This document shows positions 24,611 to 37,645 of a stretch of 64,000 nucleotides of DNA, piece by piece. Source of the DNA: Rebecca billardiae RCC1528 (lineage: Eukaryota > Protista > Haptophyta); the NCBI GenBank assembly GCA_965240325.2, contig OZ251243.1, forward strand, positions 682,001 through 746,000, written 5' to 3'. The notes beneath the pieces were generated by a model. The model had not been told where the DNA came from, ran no database searches, and saw only the letters and a program-made list of their open reading frames with translations. The translations under genes were made by a program, and so were the position numbers. Within the stretch, counting starts at the first letter, position 1; each line of letters starts with the position of its first letter.

Positions 24611-25990
24611 GGCAAGTACATGGTCGCGGCCACGCTGGTGTCTGGGACGCTGCAGCGTGCTGCAGGCCCTCGCCCTGTCACCTGGCAGCCGGCATCAACG
24701 CCAGGCGGGCAGGTGTCAGGGCAGGGCAGGGCTGGCGGCCCGCGGCGTGCCCGGCCTGGCCGGGCACGCCGTCAGCGGATAGGATCCGGCAGGACGTGAG
24801 CTCAGCTCCCTCCTGTCGGCGGCCGTCCGCAGGGCTGCTGGCAGCGGTGCTGGGCCTGTTGAGGGCTGCGGCACCGAGGTCGCCCGCCCGAGGGCGGGCG
24901 ACAGGGGAGGGGCTAGGGCGGCCACACGCCCGCACTCACACCCAGCCGACGCGGCTGCTGCCGACAGCGCAGCGCCGGTCGGCAGGATGAATGCGGGCGG
25001 AGGGGCCGTCCGTTCCTGGCAATGCCTCATCCCTCTAATCCCATGCAAGCCTCCGCTTAAGGCGGCAGGCAAGGCATAGGGTCTGCTCATCTCTATTCCA
25101 TATGCTGATCATCAGCAGTTGGATAAGTGATATGGTTGATTGGCTGACAGCCACGTCAGCGCCGCCGTTGAGGCCCATTTGAGATGGGCAGCGCAGCTGA
25201 CTCAGTCAGGGGACCTGGTTGACCCAGATGCCTGATTAGTGACGCCGGGCATCAAGTCTGAATCGGCAGGGAGGCGGAGGGAGCGCACCACGTGAATTAA
25301 CGTGCGACTCGTGCGACAGGTGCCTGGTGACGTCTCGCCGTATGGCCACTTGTGGGCCAACCGGCCAGTGCACGGCGCTGTTGGCTCGCTCGCACTGCGT
25401 CTGCGGCGCCTGGCCAGCACCAGGACGCGTTCGTAAGATTCGTATAGTTTACCGCGGATCGTGTCGGACGTCACAGCCGATTGATGCGCGTCAGTCAGGT
25501 TAGCCAGCACGAGCACAGCCAGGGGGAAGCTATGCCGGAACCAAGTCGTGCTGCACAGGTGGCGCCACACCGCACACGAGGACTCGCCGGCTGCGGGCTG
25601 GTCACTCCATCACTCGCACGGGCCACACCTCCGACCTCGACTGTCTCCTATGCTGGAAGCAGAGATCGTCGTCTAGAATGTGACGAGGGAACCTTGCGGG
25701 ATGGTCACGGCGCTGGATGGACAGAGGGAGCGCTGCTGAGTGCTGGCGAGGACATCGTTTGCGCAGCACGGCCGGACGGCCGCGGACCATTTCTTCTTTA
25801 CGGTTATGTGGCGGTGTAACCTGTCCTGCCGGTGCCGCTGCTCCCCGTCCTTGCGACGGGTGCGCAAGGGCCCTTGGTCTTGGTCCGGGTGACCACAAGC
25901 CTCCCTTGGCAGTGGGGTGGGTGGGTAGCCGGGCGGGCGGCCCCAACGGCTCCGAGCTCAAGGCTCCCGCGCGTCGTCGGCACTGTGGAG

Positions 25991-26899
25991 ATGCTCGCCT
26001 CGGCTGGCGACGTGCGCCCGGGCGCGCCCGCGCCCGTGGTCGCGCCCGCGCGCTCTTCGTCGCATCCTGCTGACTCGTTGGACCGAGCCGCCTTGCGCCC
26101 GCGCTCGTCGCCGCCTCTCGTCGCACGAGCCGCGCGCTGCGCGCTGCGCGGCCCGCTACATTTGGTTGTGCTCGGGCTGGCGATGGCGCTGCTCCCGCGC
26201 GGCGCGTGCGAGGGGCCGGTGACGTGGGAGCGGTACCAAACCCTCGAGAAGACCGCCTGCCTGACCCCCAAGCGCGTGCTGGACGTCGGCGCCAACCGCG
26301 GCGCGTGGACCAGGATCCACCGGCGCGTGTGGAAGTCCGCGCAGTTTGTGATGGTCGAGCCGAACCCCGACCACATCGAGTCGCTCAAGCTGCAAGCGTT
26401 CCCGTACAAGATCGCGCTGCTGGGCAACGAGACGCGCAACGTCACGTGGTACCGCAGCCCCAAGACCACCGACAAATGGGGCCCCTACCAGTACGCAGAC
26501 ACGGGCAATTCCATCTTCCGCGAGGCCACGCGCCACGGCGGCAAGCGAGTGCCGGAGACCAGGCGCATGGAGCGGCTGGACGACATGTTCCCAGACGAGA
26601 CGTTCGACCTGATCAAGGTGGACGTGCAGGGCGCCGAGCTCATGGTCGCGCAGGGCGGGCGCCGCCTCTTCTCGCGCGCGCAGGCCGTGCAGCTCGAGCT
26701 TTCTGTACTACCATTCAGCGCGGGCGCGCCGCTGTGGACGGAGGTGCAGGCGTACATGCACACGATCGGCTTCTTGCCCGTAGACGTCATCGAGATGCAC
26801 TACATGAAGGGCGTGCTCGCGCAGCTGGACGTGCTCTTCGCGCCCGCGGACGGCCGCGTCGCCAAGCAGTGCGCGCGGCAGGCGCGCATCTCGGCGTAG
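25991..26899 (+). CDS. FkbM-family SAM-dependent methyltransferase (start uncertain; alternative ATG at 26183)
   Basis: VLDVGANRGAWT, MVEPNP, DLIKVDVQGAELMV and LAQLDVLF motifs; hydrophobic segment before the domain; intronless. Confidence 0.88.
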   Translation: MLASAGDVRPGAPAPVVAPARSSSHPADSLDRAALRPRSSPPLVARAARCALRGPLHLVVLGLAMALLPRGACEGPVTWERYQTLEKTACLTPKRVLDVGANRGAWTRIHRRVWKSAQFVMVEPNPDHIESLKLQAFPYKIALLGNETRNVTWYRSPKTTDKWGPYQYADTGNSIFREATRHGGKRVPETRRMERLDDMFPDETFDLIKVDVQGAELMVAQGGRRLFSRAQAVQLELSVLPFSAGAPLWTEVQAYMHTIGFLPVDVIEMHYMKGVLAQLDVLFAPADGRVAKQCARQARISA

Positions 26900-28178
26900 C
26901 GCGAGCCGGAATGCCGGATGGCAAGTGACGAGCAGCCGGGCGGCGCGCCTGACGCCACGCGCCCGTTCTCGCAGAGTCAGAGCACGCTCGCGTGCCCGTG
27001 GGCCATCGCCGTATTCGCGGCGGCGGCGGCGGTTGTACTCGGCCGCGCCGGACGGGCGAAGGCCCGCAGCCGCCAGAGCAGGCACCGCGAGCGGCGCCGG
27101 GGACGCCGGCATTGACACGACGGCCGGAACGCGCGGAGATGCACTGCAGCGGCGCGACGAGACTTTATTCGTCATATACTTTTCCGGCCGCGCGAATTCC
27201 CGGCGGGTTAACTCCCAACTGACGAAGCAGTTGCACGCTACTCCGACGAGTATTGCTGCGGTACTCCGCTCCGAGACCGAAGTCTTTAGTGAATCAGCGC
27301 CATATCATAAATAATATATATATACTTATAATTAAGCGTCTAATAATATTGCGATTTGCGCGTGCGACGACTCGCGAAGACCGACTAAGTCCGCGCCGTC
27401 AGACTGATTCGAGTGCCGATTCGTGAGTTCGTGATGACGACTGATGAATATATATAATCTGATACTGAGTCGGCGGCGCGGCGGCGCCCGGTCGCCCGGA
27501 CATGACAATCCTAAGACCCCGATCTGACTCTGAGCACTTGAGCAGAGTCGTCACTCACGGGGACACTGGACTCAGTAGTCAGTGTCACGGATCACTCACT
27601 CTGATTATATGTATATATAACATACATATGTGGGGTTATTGGCATCACAAAAACTGAGTGTGTCCTCGGCTGTGGGGCGCCTGTCCAGCCGGTGCTGGCA
27701 GGCTCCCTTCGGCTTCGACCCCTGCCTGCTGTGCTGGCCCTGGCCGGATCATCACCTTCATCCGGACGGCCGGCTCGGAGTCTTCTCCAAGCTGACTCCA
27801 TCATCCAGGCCGGCCAGCCAATGAGCGGTCGAGGCCCTCTGCAGGTCAGAGCCTGGCAGCAGGATCCGCCAATCAATCGAGCTGATCCTTCCGCCAGCTG
27901 CTTGGCAGCTTGCGGAGCTTTGGCAACCCGAGGAGCAGCCGAGCCTGCCAGGAGCCCTGCCCCAAGCCCACGCACGCTCAACGCTAACAGCGAACCTCGC
28001 TCTCGTGCCTTAGTCGCACGAATATCCCATTGTGATCGTGTACCATCGATCATCATCGGCGTATCATCTGGCGGAGCAGTGCGGAGTCACCTGTGGTGAC
28101 TACCCTGCCTCAGCCATGAGATACGCGGATCTGAGAACTACCCGACCTCAACCGCTGTTTGGCGTCCTGAGTTTCGGA

Positions 28179-28356
<178 letters not shown>

Positions 28357-28381
28357 TAATATTATATTAATATTAAATAAT

Positions 28382-29677
28382 TATGGCCCGCGGTGCAGGG
28401 CGGAGCGCGCAGCGTGGAGCCCGCACCAGCGGGCCCGAACCACGTTTCAAAAAGATCTTTGATCGTCAAGAAAAAAGGGACGGGGGGCGGCGGAAAAAAA
28501 GGGACGGGGGGCGATTTTTAGGGCTGGCGGAGACCGAGTTTCGAGTTTTTGAGATCGCATAGAGAGGTCTATTAGGCCGAAAAAGAGCGCGCCCAGCTGA
28601 TTCCATAAGTAATCGATGGACGGGACGTGAGCCTGGCCGTGACATTAGTGTAACGGTTCGTTACGAGCGAATCGTACTCGTCTTCCCGGATCGCGTGACG
28701 TCCGGACTGGGCCACATCCGGATCGTCGGAGGTGACGTGCCCCGGCACGATGGGCGATGGCGGATATGCGGGACGGCGCCTGCACGTGCCTCCGGACCCG
28801 CCTCCCGCTTGCTGCTCACGCAGTCAGCTGCGACCGTGGCGCATGATCGCAGAAGCAGTGCCGGCAGTACGGCCTGCATCAGCTAGTGCCGCGCCGTCGT
28901 GGCGCGCGCGGTACGGTTGCGCGTTTGCAGCGCTCGCCGGCTCGGCGACGGCACGCGCGTGCGGCTCAGGTGTGTCAAATGCGGTCTCGTCGGCGCGCTT
29001 TCGCCTGCCACCTCGTGCACCCGTGCCGCCAGTTTCATCGTCTTCATGAGGACTGCTGCTGCTGTCGCCATCCGCTCTCCATCACCCCGAGTCGCCGGTC
29101 GCGCGGCGCGCGCGGTAGGCACTAGGCAGGGCGTACGGTCACTCACCCGTGCAACGGGTCAAGTGGCCAGAGTACGTCTGGTCGTTGGCTGGCACGGGCC
29201 GCAGCGCTAAAGCACCCTGCTGTCACACCCGACTCCTTCAGTACTCCGAGCTCCGCGGCACGACTCACTCGGCACGATCGCGGACGGGTCGGATCCGAGC
29301 TGATCAGCCAGAGTTGGACACAGTTTGGCAGCTACTAGTAGTAATTCCGATGCCGATGGCACGATCGCGGACGGGTCGGATCCGAGCTGATCAGCCAGTT
29401 GGACATTTGGCAGCTAGTTGTCAGACGGACGTCCGATTTGACGACCGGTGCCGGGTGCGGTCTCAGGTCCGCTGCTGTGATTGTGTGAAGTGTGAATGAG
29501 TCTCGCGGTCGCGCAGGCAGGGCGACGGTCGGACTAGTAATAGCTTATATTCAGTCATCTCAGAACCGACTTCAACTGGCGAACTGCAACTACGGCGGAG
29601 AGCCGCGATTGCACGGCCACCGCGGGCCCCCAACTGCGTTGATTCTATGCAGAAAAGGACCGCGGAACGCGGTCATA
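28382..29677 (+). mobile_element. Helentron/HINE-like non-autonomous element, copy E3
   Basis: 5' GGCCCGCGGTGCA (28385-28397) with a nearby inverted copy GCACCAGCGGGCCC. 3' TGCAC[GGC]CACCGCGGGCC at ~29610-29628. Hairpin at 29658-29674. Confidence 0.7.
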
Positions 29678-29846
29678 ATAGTTATAGTGATTACACTACT
29701 GATGCCGACACTGGCACTGCGTAGTACGATTCTGAGTGCCGACTGCGGACTGCACGGCTGACGGTGACTTATTCGGAGTCTACTATTTGAGTGGCTGCTT
29801 GATCCGTGATACTATTCTAAGCTAATATATGCGCGCATTTATCATA

Positions 29847-32479
29847 CACAGTGCCGGAAAACTGCTCAGGGTGACGTTTTAAGTTGTCCGCACCACTAGT
29901 CGAATCATCGGACAATTCTGAAGCGGTGCGCCTAAATTCGGCGCACCATAGGCGCGTCGAATCGTGGCACAGACCTTGGTAGCAGGCCACACCTGAGCGC
30001 GCTGCGCGCGCCGACGCGCGCTCGGCGCGGGCAAAAAATCATGCGCCGTTGGCATTACGCAGCCCCGCGCAGCGCTGTGCTCGAGCTCGGCGGCGGCGAA
30101 AGCGGGCGGGCGCACACGGCGGTGCCCGTGCGCGCTGCTCCGAGCGCAGCTGCGGCCACCCCGGCGGCATACCGCCGGTCGAGGGCACGAAAACCGATTT
30201 TTCGGGAAAATGCAGAGCAGCGGCGCCCGAGCGCGCCCGAGCTCGTCGCAGCACAGTCTCCTGGTGGCTGCGCCCCGTGAAGCCACGCCACGCGGGGCGC
30301 TGGCGTGCGCGTGGCCTGCGCCCACCGTGCGCTGCCCGATCATGGCCGTCGACCGCTCCGAGCGCCTCACCACGCGTGCTCGAGCCCACCGATACTGACG
30401 CCCGAGCACGGTGCCGGCAGCGCTCGCAGGTGGGCGTCGGAGAAAACACGCCGGCCGAACGAGCTTGAAGCGTCCGCCGCGATGCCAACGGCAGCGGACG
30501 ACGTGCGCACCACCTCGGCGCCAGTCGCCCAGCCCTTGCGCGGCGGTGCGGGCTCGCTCGTTCGCCGCCATCAGCTGCGCGCGCGCAGCCCGATCACTGC
30601 CCGCTGGTTCTGTTGTCGAGCAGCTGCGGCCTGCCACGCGCACTGCCGGACATTGAGCCACAGCGCGAGCACGCGCCTCGTCTGGCACGCGCGAGCACTC
30701 AGCATCGTGCGTGGCCACCATGACGCGCCCATCTGCGCCAGCAGCGATGAGCACGCCGCCGTTCAGCTCGCATCGGGCTCGCTCGCGACGCAGCAACGCG
30801 CGGCCGTAGCGGCAGCAGCGGCGCCGTCGAGCACGCGCAGCAAACAAATATGCAGCGCGGGCGAGTCGACGGTCTGGAAAATGCGCGATCACGCCACAGC
30901 AGGCTGGCAGAGCCCGCCCGAGCTGCAGCATGCCGTAGGTGCTGCCCCAAGCTCTCGACTGCCCGTAAGCGGCGGCATGTGCGGCGGCGCCGGCGGCGGC
31001 CATGCTGCCACGCCGTTGCGCGCCGCGGGGCGCCGTCGGCACCTCTGTGGTGAAGCGCACAGAGCTCGAGCCCACGGGGGCTGGCGACCGTCAAACCGAC
31101 ACCCCATGACGCGGGGCTGCGTGCGCCAGCTGCGCGCACTCCGTGGGCCCACCTAGCCCGCTCGAGCAGCTCGCCTTGGGTGCGCGCAGCGGCTCGAGCA
31201 CACTGGTATGGGACGCCTGCCTGCGGTGCCGCCGAGCACATGCGGCCGACGGTCACTCAGCACGGGCGACTCGACGGCGGCGAGCAGGCGCGACGGCCTC
31301 GCCGCGCCGCGGAAAAGCCTGCCCGGGCTGCAGCACGCCGTAGGAGCAGCCCAGCGCCCTCCTCCGCCCTCCAGCTTCGGCGCGCGCAGCAGGCCCGGCG
31401 GCGGCCATGCTGGCGTGCCCAAGCATGAAGATGGGCGCGGCCGGCCGCGCCGTCGCAAAGCGCGCAGAACTCGAGCTCGGGGGGGCGGACGGCCGCCAAA
31501 CTGGCGCGGCAGGACGTGGCACTGCGTGCGCCAGCTACGCGCACCCGCTGCGCCCGCGTGGCCCGTGCGAGCGCCGCGCCTCGAGCACACGCAGCTGCTC
31601 GACACAGCCACGGCAGTGTGGCTTGTGCGCGTGCACGTGATCAGTCTCAGCTCTGAGGCGCGCGCTCAGGAGGGCTGCGGCCGGGCCGAGCGCGATCTGC
31701 GCGGACGGTACAGCCTGGCGGCTCATGCCAGCCAGCCCAAAGCCCGCTCCGCCATCCGCGTCATGGCGCTCCAGCCTCTCGCGTGCTGCGCTGCAGCCGC
31801 GCTCGGCAAAGACGTCGCCCAGCCCGCCTTGCACGCGGCTGAGCAGTGGCAGCCAGGCGAAGCGTCGTCGCGGGCGAGGCTGCGCTGGGTGATGCGGCTC
31901 GGGTCGGTGGGCAAGTCGCACCCCGCCGTCGGTCGCCTCCACGCCTCAGGCTCGCTCGAGGTCAAAGACAACTGCGCGGCGCGGCGTTTGCGCGGGCGGG
32001 CCGCGGGCGTGGCGGGGTGTACGCGTGCAATGTCACAGCCTCCCACACAATTTCAGGAGGGTGAGACGCACCGCCAGCGGCACCCGCACACAATCCCACC
32101 CTGCGCGAGCCACCTGCCGTGTCGACTGAAGCATCAGGCTCGGGCGCAACCGCGGGCGGTGCATGCAAGAAGCTCGCGAAACGCACCGCGCGCGCCGTGA
32201 GGGCGAAAGGAGAGCACCCGTCAGGGCGGCGAGGAACTTGCCCAGCGCCACGCGGAAGACGACCCCAGCCCGCGTCGACGCATAGTCGGGCCCGCGAGCA
32301 GCCTCGTCGGTCTTCGCCGAGTAGATCGCGCCGCGAGCCGAGGCACCGCTCGTTTGAGGCTCCGTCCGCCGCGAAGTCGCGGCTTCCACCCGAGTTCCAC
32401 TGTCCGGCCGAGACCGGATTCGCTGACTCGAGCTGCGGACCGTCCGAAGCGTCACGGAAAATTCCAATCCTGCACTGTG
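29847..32479. mobile_element. Non-autonomous TIR element with CACAGTGC termini and 2-bp (TA) flanks; CMC/EnSpm-like
   Basis: TA|CACAGTGCCGGA..GTGACG on the left and CGTCAC..TCCTGCACTGTG|TA on the right; no transposase recognised. Confidence 0.55.
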
Positions 32480-32694
32480 TATGTCGTATTACGTATGTAT
32501 ACAATATATGCTTGCATGCATCACAGCTCAGAATCAGTTGAATTCATGTCACTTGTCGTCATCAGCAGTGACGACAGCACTCTTAGTCGGAATGAAGCGG
32601 CGGAGAGCCGGAGATGACAATGAAGCGCGGCGGCAGAGAACCGGAGATGACAATCGTTATCGGTCAGCGGAGGCGGGCGACGATGGCTACGTAC

Positions 32695-33807
32695 TTAGAC
32701 GCAATAGGCCAGCTCCTTGTTGGCGCCCCGGCGACCTTTCCTCTTGGCGATCGTGGCGGCCTTGGACAGCTGCAGCCGCGAGCCCTCGCCATCGAGCGGC
32801 GGCAGCCGCGCCTGCGTCTCGGCGCTGAGCGGGCAGTCAAAAGGTGGGCCCTGCTGCCCGCCTGCCCCGTCACCGCCGCGAAGCCCGAGCTTGGCAAGGT
32901 GGCGCGCGCGCTCGACGCGCAGCTCGGCGCGCTGCGTGTCGAGCCACCCAACTGGGTGCTCGGCGCGCCAGCGGCGAAAGCGCCGCAGCGCCAGCGCGTA
33001 CAGCAGGAACGAGTTGCGCGCGCGCCTGAAGAGGAACTCGCGCAGCGCGCCGTCCCGGAGGCACACGCGCTGGAGCTGCGCAAACGACGCGCGTGTCAGC
33101 CCGGGCGGCGGCGCCTTGCGCAGCACGGGTAGCGCGCGCGCAAAAGGGCCGAGGCCCACGCGCAGCCGCTCGGCGAGGAGAATGTAGTAATCGTCCAGCT
33201 CCTCCGTCACCCCCACGTGCATGCGGCCAAATGCCACCCCGCCCTTGGGGCTGCCGAAAACGTTCTCGTACTCCCACAGGTGCGAGCACGAGCGTGCGCG
33301 CCTGTGGCGGATCAGATCGGCCGCAACGCCGGCAGCGGTCGTTGCGTTGCCGCAGCGGAAGTAAAAGTAGGCGGACAGCGTGTGCGCCATCGGCTCGCGC
33401 AGCACCGTCGTGATTACGTTCGGCGTGCCGCCGAAGCACGCGGCCAGCTGCGGCGACGGCCTGCCCAGCACAAAGAGGCGGCTCACTGCGTGCTGGTGCA
33501 GCAGGCACGCGGTGCCATGCGCGCAGCCTACGCGCGCGCACGCGGCGGAGATATCGCGTCGCACAAAGCCCGCCGGGGCCGACGTGTTCGCACGCGAGGC
33601 GAGCGAGAAGTCTGCGCGCGAGAACGTGTAGAGCGGCATGCCCAGCCGCTGCGAGGACTGCGCGAGCGCGATGTACGCGGCGTACGCAACGGACGTTGAG
33701 GCGCACTTGTGTAGCTTAATAAAGACTAGCGATGGCACTACGCGGTCATCCGACGCGAGCGCGCGTGCCAGGGTCCCGAGGTGGACGGCGACTATCAGCG
33801 CCGCCAT
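32695..33807 (-). CDS. Sulfotransferase-like protein (Gal-3-O-sulfotransferase/Sulfotransfer_2-like)
   Basis: Signal-like MAALIVAVHLGTLARALA; 5'-PAPS motif LVFIKLHKCASTS; 3'-PAPS motif TTVLREPMAHTLSAYFYF; VGVTEELD. Confidence 0.8.
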   Translation of the reverse strand: MAALIVAVHLGTLARALASDDRVVPSLVFIKLHKCASTSVAYAAYIALAQSSQRLGMPLYTFSRADFSLASRANTSAPAGFVRRDISAACARVGCAHGTACLLHQHAVSRLFVLGRPSPQLAACFGGTPNVITTVLREPMAHTLSAYFYFRCGNATTAAGVAADLIRHRRARSCSHLWEYENVFGSPKGGVAFGRMHVGVTEELDDYYILLAERLRVGLGPFARALPVLRKAPPPGLTRASFAQLQRVCLRDGALREFLFRRARNSFLLYALALRRFRRWRAEHPVGWLDTQRAELRVERARHLAKLGLRGGDGAGGQQGPPFDCPLSAETQARLPPLDGEGSRLQLSKAATIAKRKGRRGANKELAYCV

Positions 33808-33926
33808 CGTCGCGGGACGGTGGTCGTGTGGACGCGATTTACGCACCGCCCAGGCGGCCCAGCCTTCTAATGGCCCTGTAACGGCCGGCGGCGGCCGGCG
33901 GGTCGCTCTGCGCCGCCGCCAACAGA

Positions 33927-34467
33927 AAGGACAGTGGCACCCCGGGGGCTTTGACCCCGCGCCCCTCTCGCGGGCTCTGGCGCGCGAACGCGTATCCGCT
34001 AGTGGCTGCCGAGCCGTAGATTGGCGCTCTGTGCACCAACAAAGACATCCCCAGCCGCATGTTGCCACTCGACACCTCGTCTCGCCTCGCGCGGAGCCAA
34101 CTTGTGGTGTGCGGGAGCCACCCGTAGCACACTGGGCCGTGTAGCGACGCGCGTGGCGGGTCAACAGTGCACCGCATACTTGCGTCTGCCCCATGGCACG
34201 TCATGCACCACCGTGTGCTCCGACACACTCCCGACTCGCGACGCGCCGCGCGCAGCACAGCCTGTGCTTCGGGTAGCTCCTGCACACCACAAGTTGGCTC
34301 CGCGCGAAGCGAGACGAGGTGTCGAGTGGCAACATGCGGCTGGGGATGTCTTTGTTGATACACGGAGCGCCAATCTACGGCTCGGCGGCCACTAGTGGAT
34401 ACGCGTTCGCGCGCCAGAGCCCGCGAGAGGGGCGCGGGGTCAAAGTCCCCGGGGTGCCACTGTCCTT
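33927..34467. mobile_element. Foldback/MITE with ~210-bp inverted arms
   Basis: AAGGACAGTGGCACCCCGGGG..GCACA (33927-~34131) is inverted at ~34255-34467 with scattered substitutions. TSD unclear. Confidence 0.8.
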
Positions 34468-34634
34468 CCCGCCGCACCCCTCGCACAGCGAGGGGTGCTC
34501 GACCGTTACGGTAGATTAGATGCACCTGCGATTTACGCGAAGGTCCCGGGGTGTGCAAACATAGTAAACTGTAGGTGAATTGAGAATAGGGCGGGCGGAG
34601 TGGAGGCTGGCTGTCCGCAGTGGAGTGGTGACAT

Positions 34635-34933
34635 GGGGCATAACCAGCCCCAGGTGACTCGGTCGGTGGTTTGAGGTTGGGTGGCCGGGTGGTGGTTGGT
34701 CGTGGGCTGGCCAGGTAGCCGGTAGGGCTGGAGGCTTCGGCCGCCAGTCTGATCACCCGGAGCCCGTTATAATAAAGGGGGCATAACCAGCCCCAGGTGA
34801 CTCGGTCGGTGGTTTGAGGTTGGGTGGCCGGGTGGTGGTTCACTGTGGTTGGTCGTGGGCTGGCCAGGTAGCCGGTAGGGCTGGAGGCTTCGGCCGCCAG
34901 TCTGATCACCCGGAGCCCGTTATAATAAAGGGG
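34635..34933. repeat. Tandem duplication of a ~145-bp unit
   Basis: GGGGCATAACCAGCCCCAGG..CCCGTTATAATAAAGGGG occurs twice, with a partial third copy near 34978. Confidence 0.9.
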
Positions 34934-35912
34934 ATGTTATTTTTGAAAGGAGGTGATTCGAGGAATTGAAGGAATGACCCGGAGCCCGTTAGTCGGGCGT
35001 TACGGGCGTTATTATAAAGGCCAAAGGGGAGTTTATTACTTCATCAAGTGCCACTAATGTTTAGCACCCGCGCGCCATACGTACTTACACTACTCCGACG
35101 GCACCGCGAGTAGCTTTTGTGAATGGATATCGGGATGGAAACGCCGTTTTCGAAACTCACCAAAACTGCCGGCCGCCCCGGCACCGGGCAATCAGTCGTG
35201 TCGTCAGAGTATGTATATCAATATCATCGATCCGCATATCGTCGCGCCGCATCGTCACTGATCACAGCCGCTCATGACGAATCCGGCCTTGCTTACTAGT
35301 TTCGAACTGCAAAAATGTGATCTATAGCCGGTGCGATTCTGCCGGTGCACTAAATATACCGAGACTATCACCTTTGAGTTTGAGATCGCGTATCTCCCAA
35401 TAGTGAGTCCCATACACTAATGTTGCCGAGATCGCGTCGAGATTGAGGTCGTATATAGCTATAGTCTGACAGTATAGCTATATATATATATATATGTGAC
35501 AAAGTTTCTTTCGCAAAACTTGTATCAGTTGTCAGCGTGACGCACTCAGCGTGACGGTCCACTGACCCCAGGTCATTATTCACGTCAGAATATCAGACAT
35601 CCCGAAGTTTGAGCAGAGCCTCGTCATCTCAAGACGACAGAAAGTTGGATTATATTTTGGGCCACACACCCCACAGTGGGGCTCTGACCCCTCGTCCGTT
35701 CACTGTCTCACTGTTTCACGGTAACTTCGGGTTTTAGTCTGCTGAACAGTTACAGTAAGCTAATTTACAGACGCCCAGGATTGGTGGCGGTCTGGTGCGG
35801 CAGCACTACCGAGTACGGAGTCGGCGGAGTAGCTAGCTAGTGCGGCAGCTGCCAAGCCCAAAGTAGTCGTGGCCGCGGAACGAGTCACGGAATTGATCGC
35901 GAGTAATTTAGT

Positions 35913-37645
35913 TAGGGGGGCCAAACCGCCCATTTAAAAATGAAAAGCAAAGTCGCGTCGCATTTTCGCTCCGCCCTCGGCCTTTTAGGGTGGCGCGGAG
36001 CCTTTTTCTCGGACCTCGCTCGAAAATCGAGCTCCGACGCCTTCGGGCGCTCAGAGCTCGGTTCCGCTCCAGCACGAGCGGCCGGAGGCAGTGGACCGCC
36101 GCGCGCTCGCGACCTCTGAGACGCCGAGATGGTCTCGGGTGCGCGCGCGCGTGACGCTGGTGGGCGCTACTGACCCGTGCCTTTGCGCCACCAGCGGCTC
36201 ACCACCCGCTTCTTGGCCACCTCGCGCCGTGCGCGGCGCGCGGCGGCCGGCTTGAATTGGTGCGCTGCGTACGCCCGCTACGCTACCGCACGGTGTGGCG
36301 CATGATCAACTCGGACCAATGAGATCGATGCTCGGACCAATCGTCCATGTATGTCTGTGAATGCCCAGCTCGCCTAACCTGCCCTACTGCGCCGGAATCG
36401 CCGTCAGCAGACCGGCGCGAGCTCGCGCACAGCACCTCCGCGGAGCTCGCAACTGTCATGTTCCGCTTGTAGGGCCCGTGTTTGCACCTGCCGTGGCACT
36501 TGCGATGGTCAGTACGTTGGGTATGGGTCACGTGTGCCCTCTGATGGCGTCTGGGCGCCTCCCATTCGCCTCTCAGGACGTCGCGGACGTGCTCGCAGGC
36601 AGCGGTTGGCTCATTCGACAGGTCCGACGTGCACTCGACCGTGCCTGCAAGCGCGCCCCTGTGACGCGCATGCCTGCAGAAGCAGATGCAGATGGGCCCT
36701 CATGCACCCTGGTGCGCCCAAGACCGGCGGGAGCGTCAGAGACCGTCTCAATCTTGACACCTTGCACACGCCGGCGCTTGCCGTTGGGCTCCGCGCAGCC
36801 AGCCAGGAGCGCCGAACAGCGCCGGATCAGCCTCTGTAGGCCGAATATCCGCCCCTAACCCAGAAATAGCGCGGAACAGGGTAGTGCGTACCTATGTGGA
36901 CCAATCCCATCCAGCCTGGTTTGGTGCAGACACGCCAGCCACCGCCTGGAGCAGACGTTTGCTGCCGAATCGCATGCTCGGCACTGTGCCGCACTGCGAC
37001 GACGACAGATTTGACCTGCCTCGTAGGTCTCGGCCAGGGAGCGGTGACGGTTGGCTCGAGTGACTTTAAACCTTGACTATGACCGAGAGCACTCCCGGGC
37101 TGAGGACGTGGGGCCGGTGCTTTCGGTCTAATATGTCTGCAATACGCCGTACGCGTGGCCGTATACACAGTCTGAAAACGTATCTCGCAGCTCGAGATCA
37201 GATGAGGCTGTATTCATCAGCATGGCGCCTATATACACAGTGGGTATGTAACGATCGGTGGCTTCTAGGAAACTACATATTTGACAGCCTGCCAGTACAC
37301 CGCCTATATCGCATGTTGGGACCTGCTGCTGCTGGGGACTCAGAACGATCTCGCTGAGATGCTCTAACAAAGTGAGGTCGACATGGTCTATATGTCACAT
37401 ATAGGACGACCGTTACATGCCGTTTCCAATAAGTTCAGGCTCATTCTAATAAGTAAATATGCTAGCCGTTACGCCCTATATTCAGGGTATGTGCACCTGA
37501 TTTTTTTACATGGCCGGCCCAGACCCCTCCAGAGGGCAAATGATCCAGCCCGAAATCAGCTCTAAACACTCGCTAGGAGTAGGAGTACAGTAGGACCCGC
37601 GCTCGTGGCCGTCAGTAATGCTACAGTGCCACTTTGGCCCCCCTA
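35913..37645. mobile_element. hAT-like deletion derivative
   Basis: TIR TAGGGGGGCCAAA / TTTGGCCCCCCTA. ATTTAGT is duplicated at 35906-35912 and 37646-37652. A possible transposase remnant (FLEATDRYIPT) lies on the minus strand at ~37130-37370. Confidence 0.7.

Larger units (their letters stand above)
18050..25241. mobile_element. Split-direct-repeat (PAT/TOC1/Ngaro-like) retroelement, A1-array-B1A2-pol-B2
   Basis: A = 18050-18267 and 21504-21721 (218 bp). B = 21174-21506 and 24909-25241 (333 bp). GTG is shared at both outer ends and at the B1/A2 junction. A degenerate DIRS-type pol lies inside. Confidence 0.85.

Noticed and set aside
29847-32479. RAG/Transib element, because the termini equal the RSS heptamer CACAGTG
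   Set aside because: No 5-bp TSD (TCATA versus TATGT), no nonamer and no transposase; only the 2-bp TA matches.
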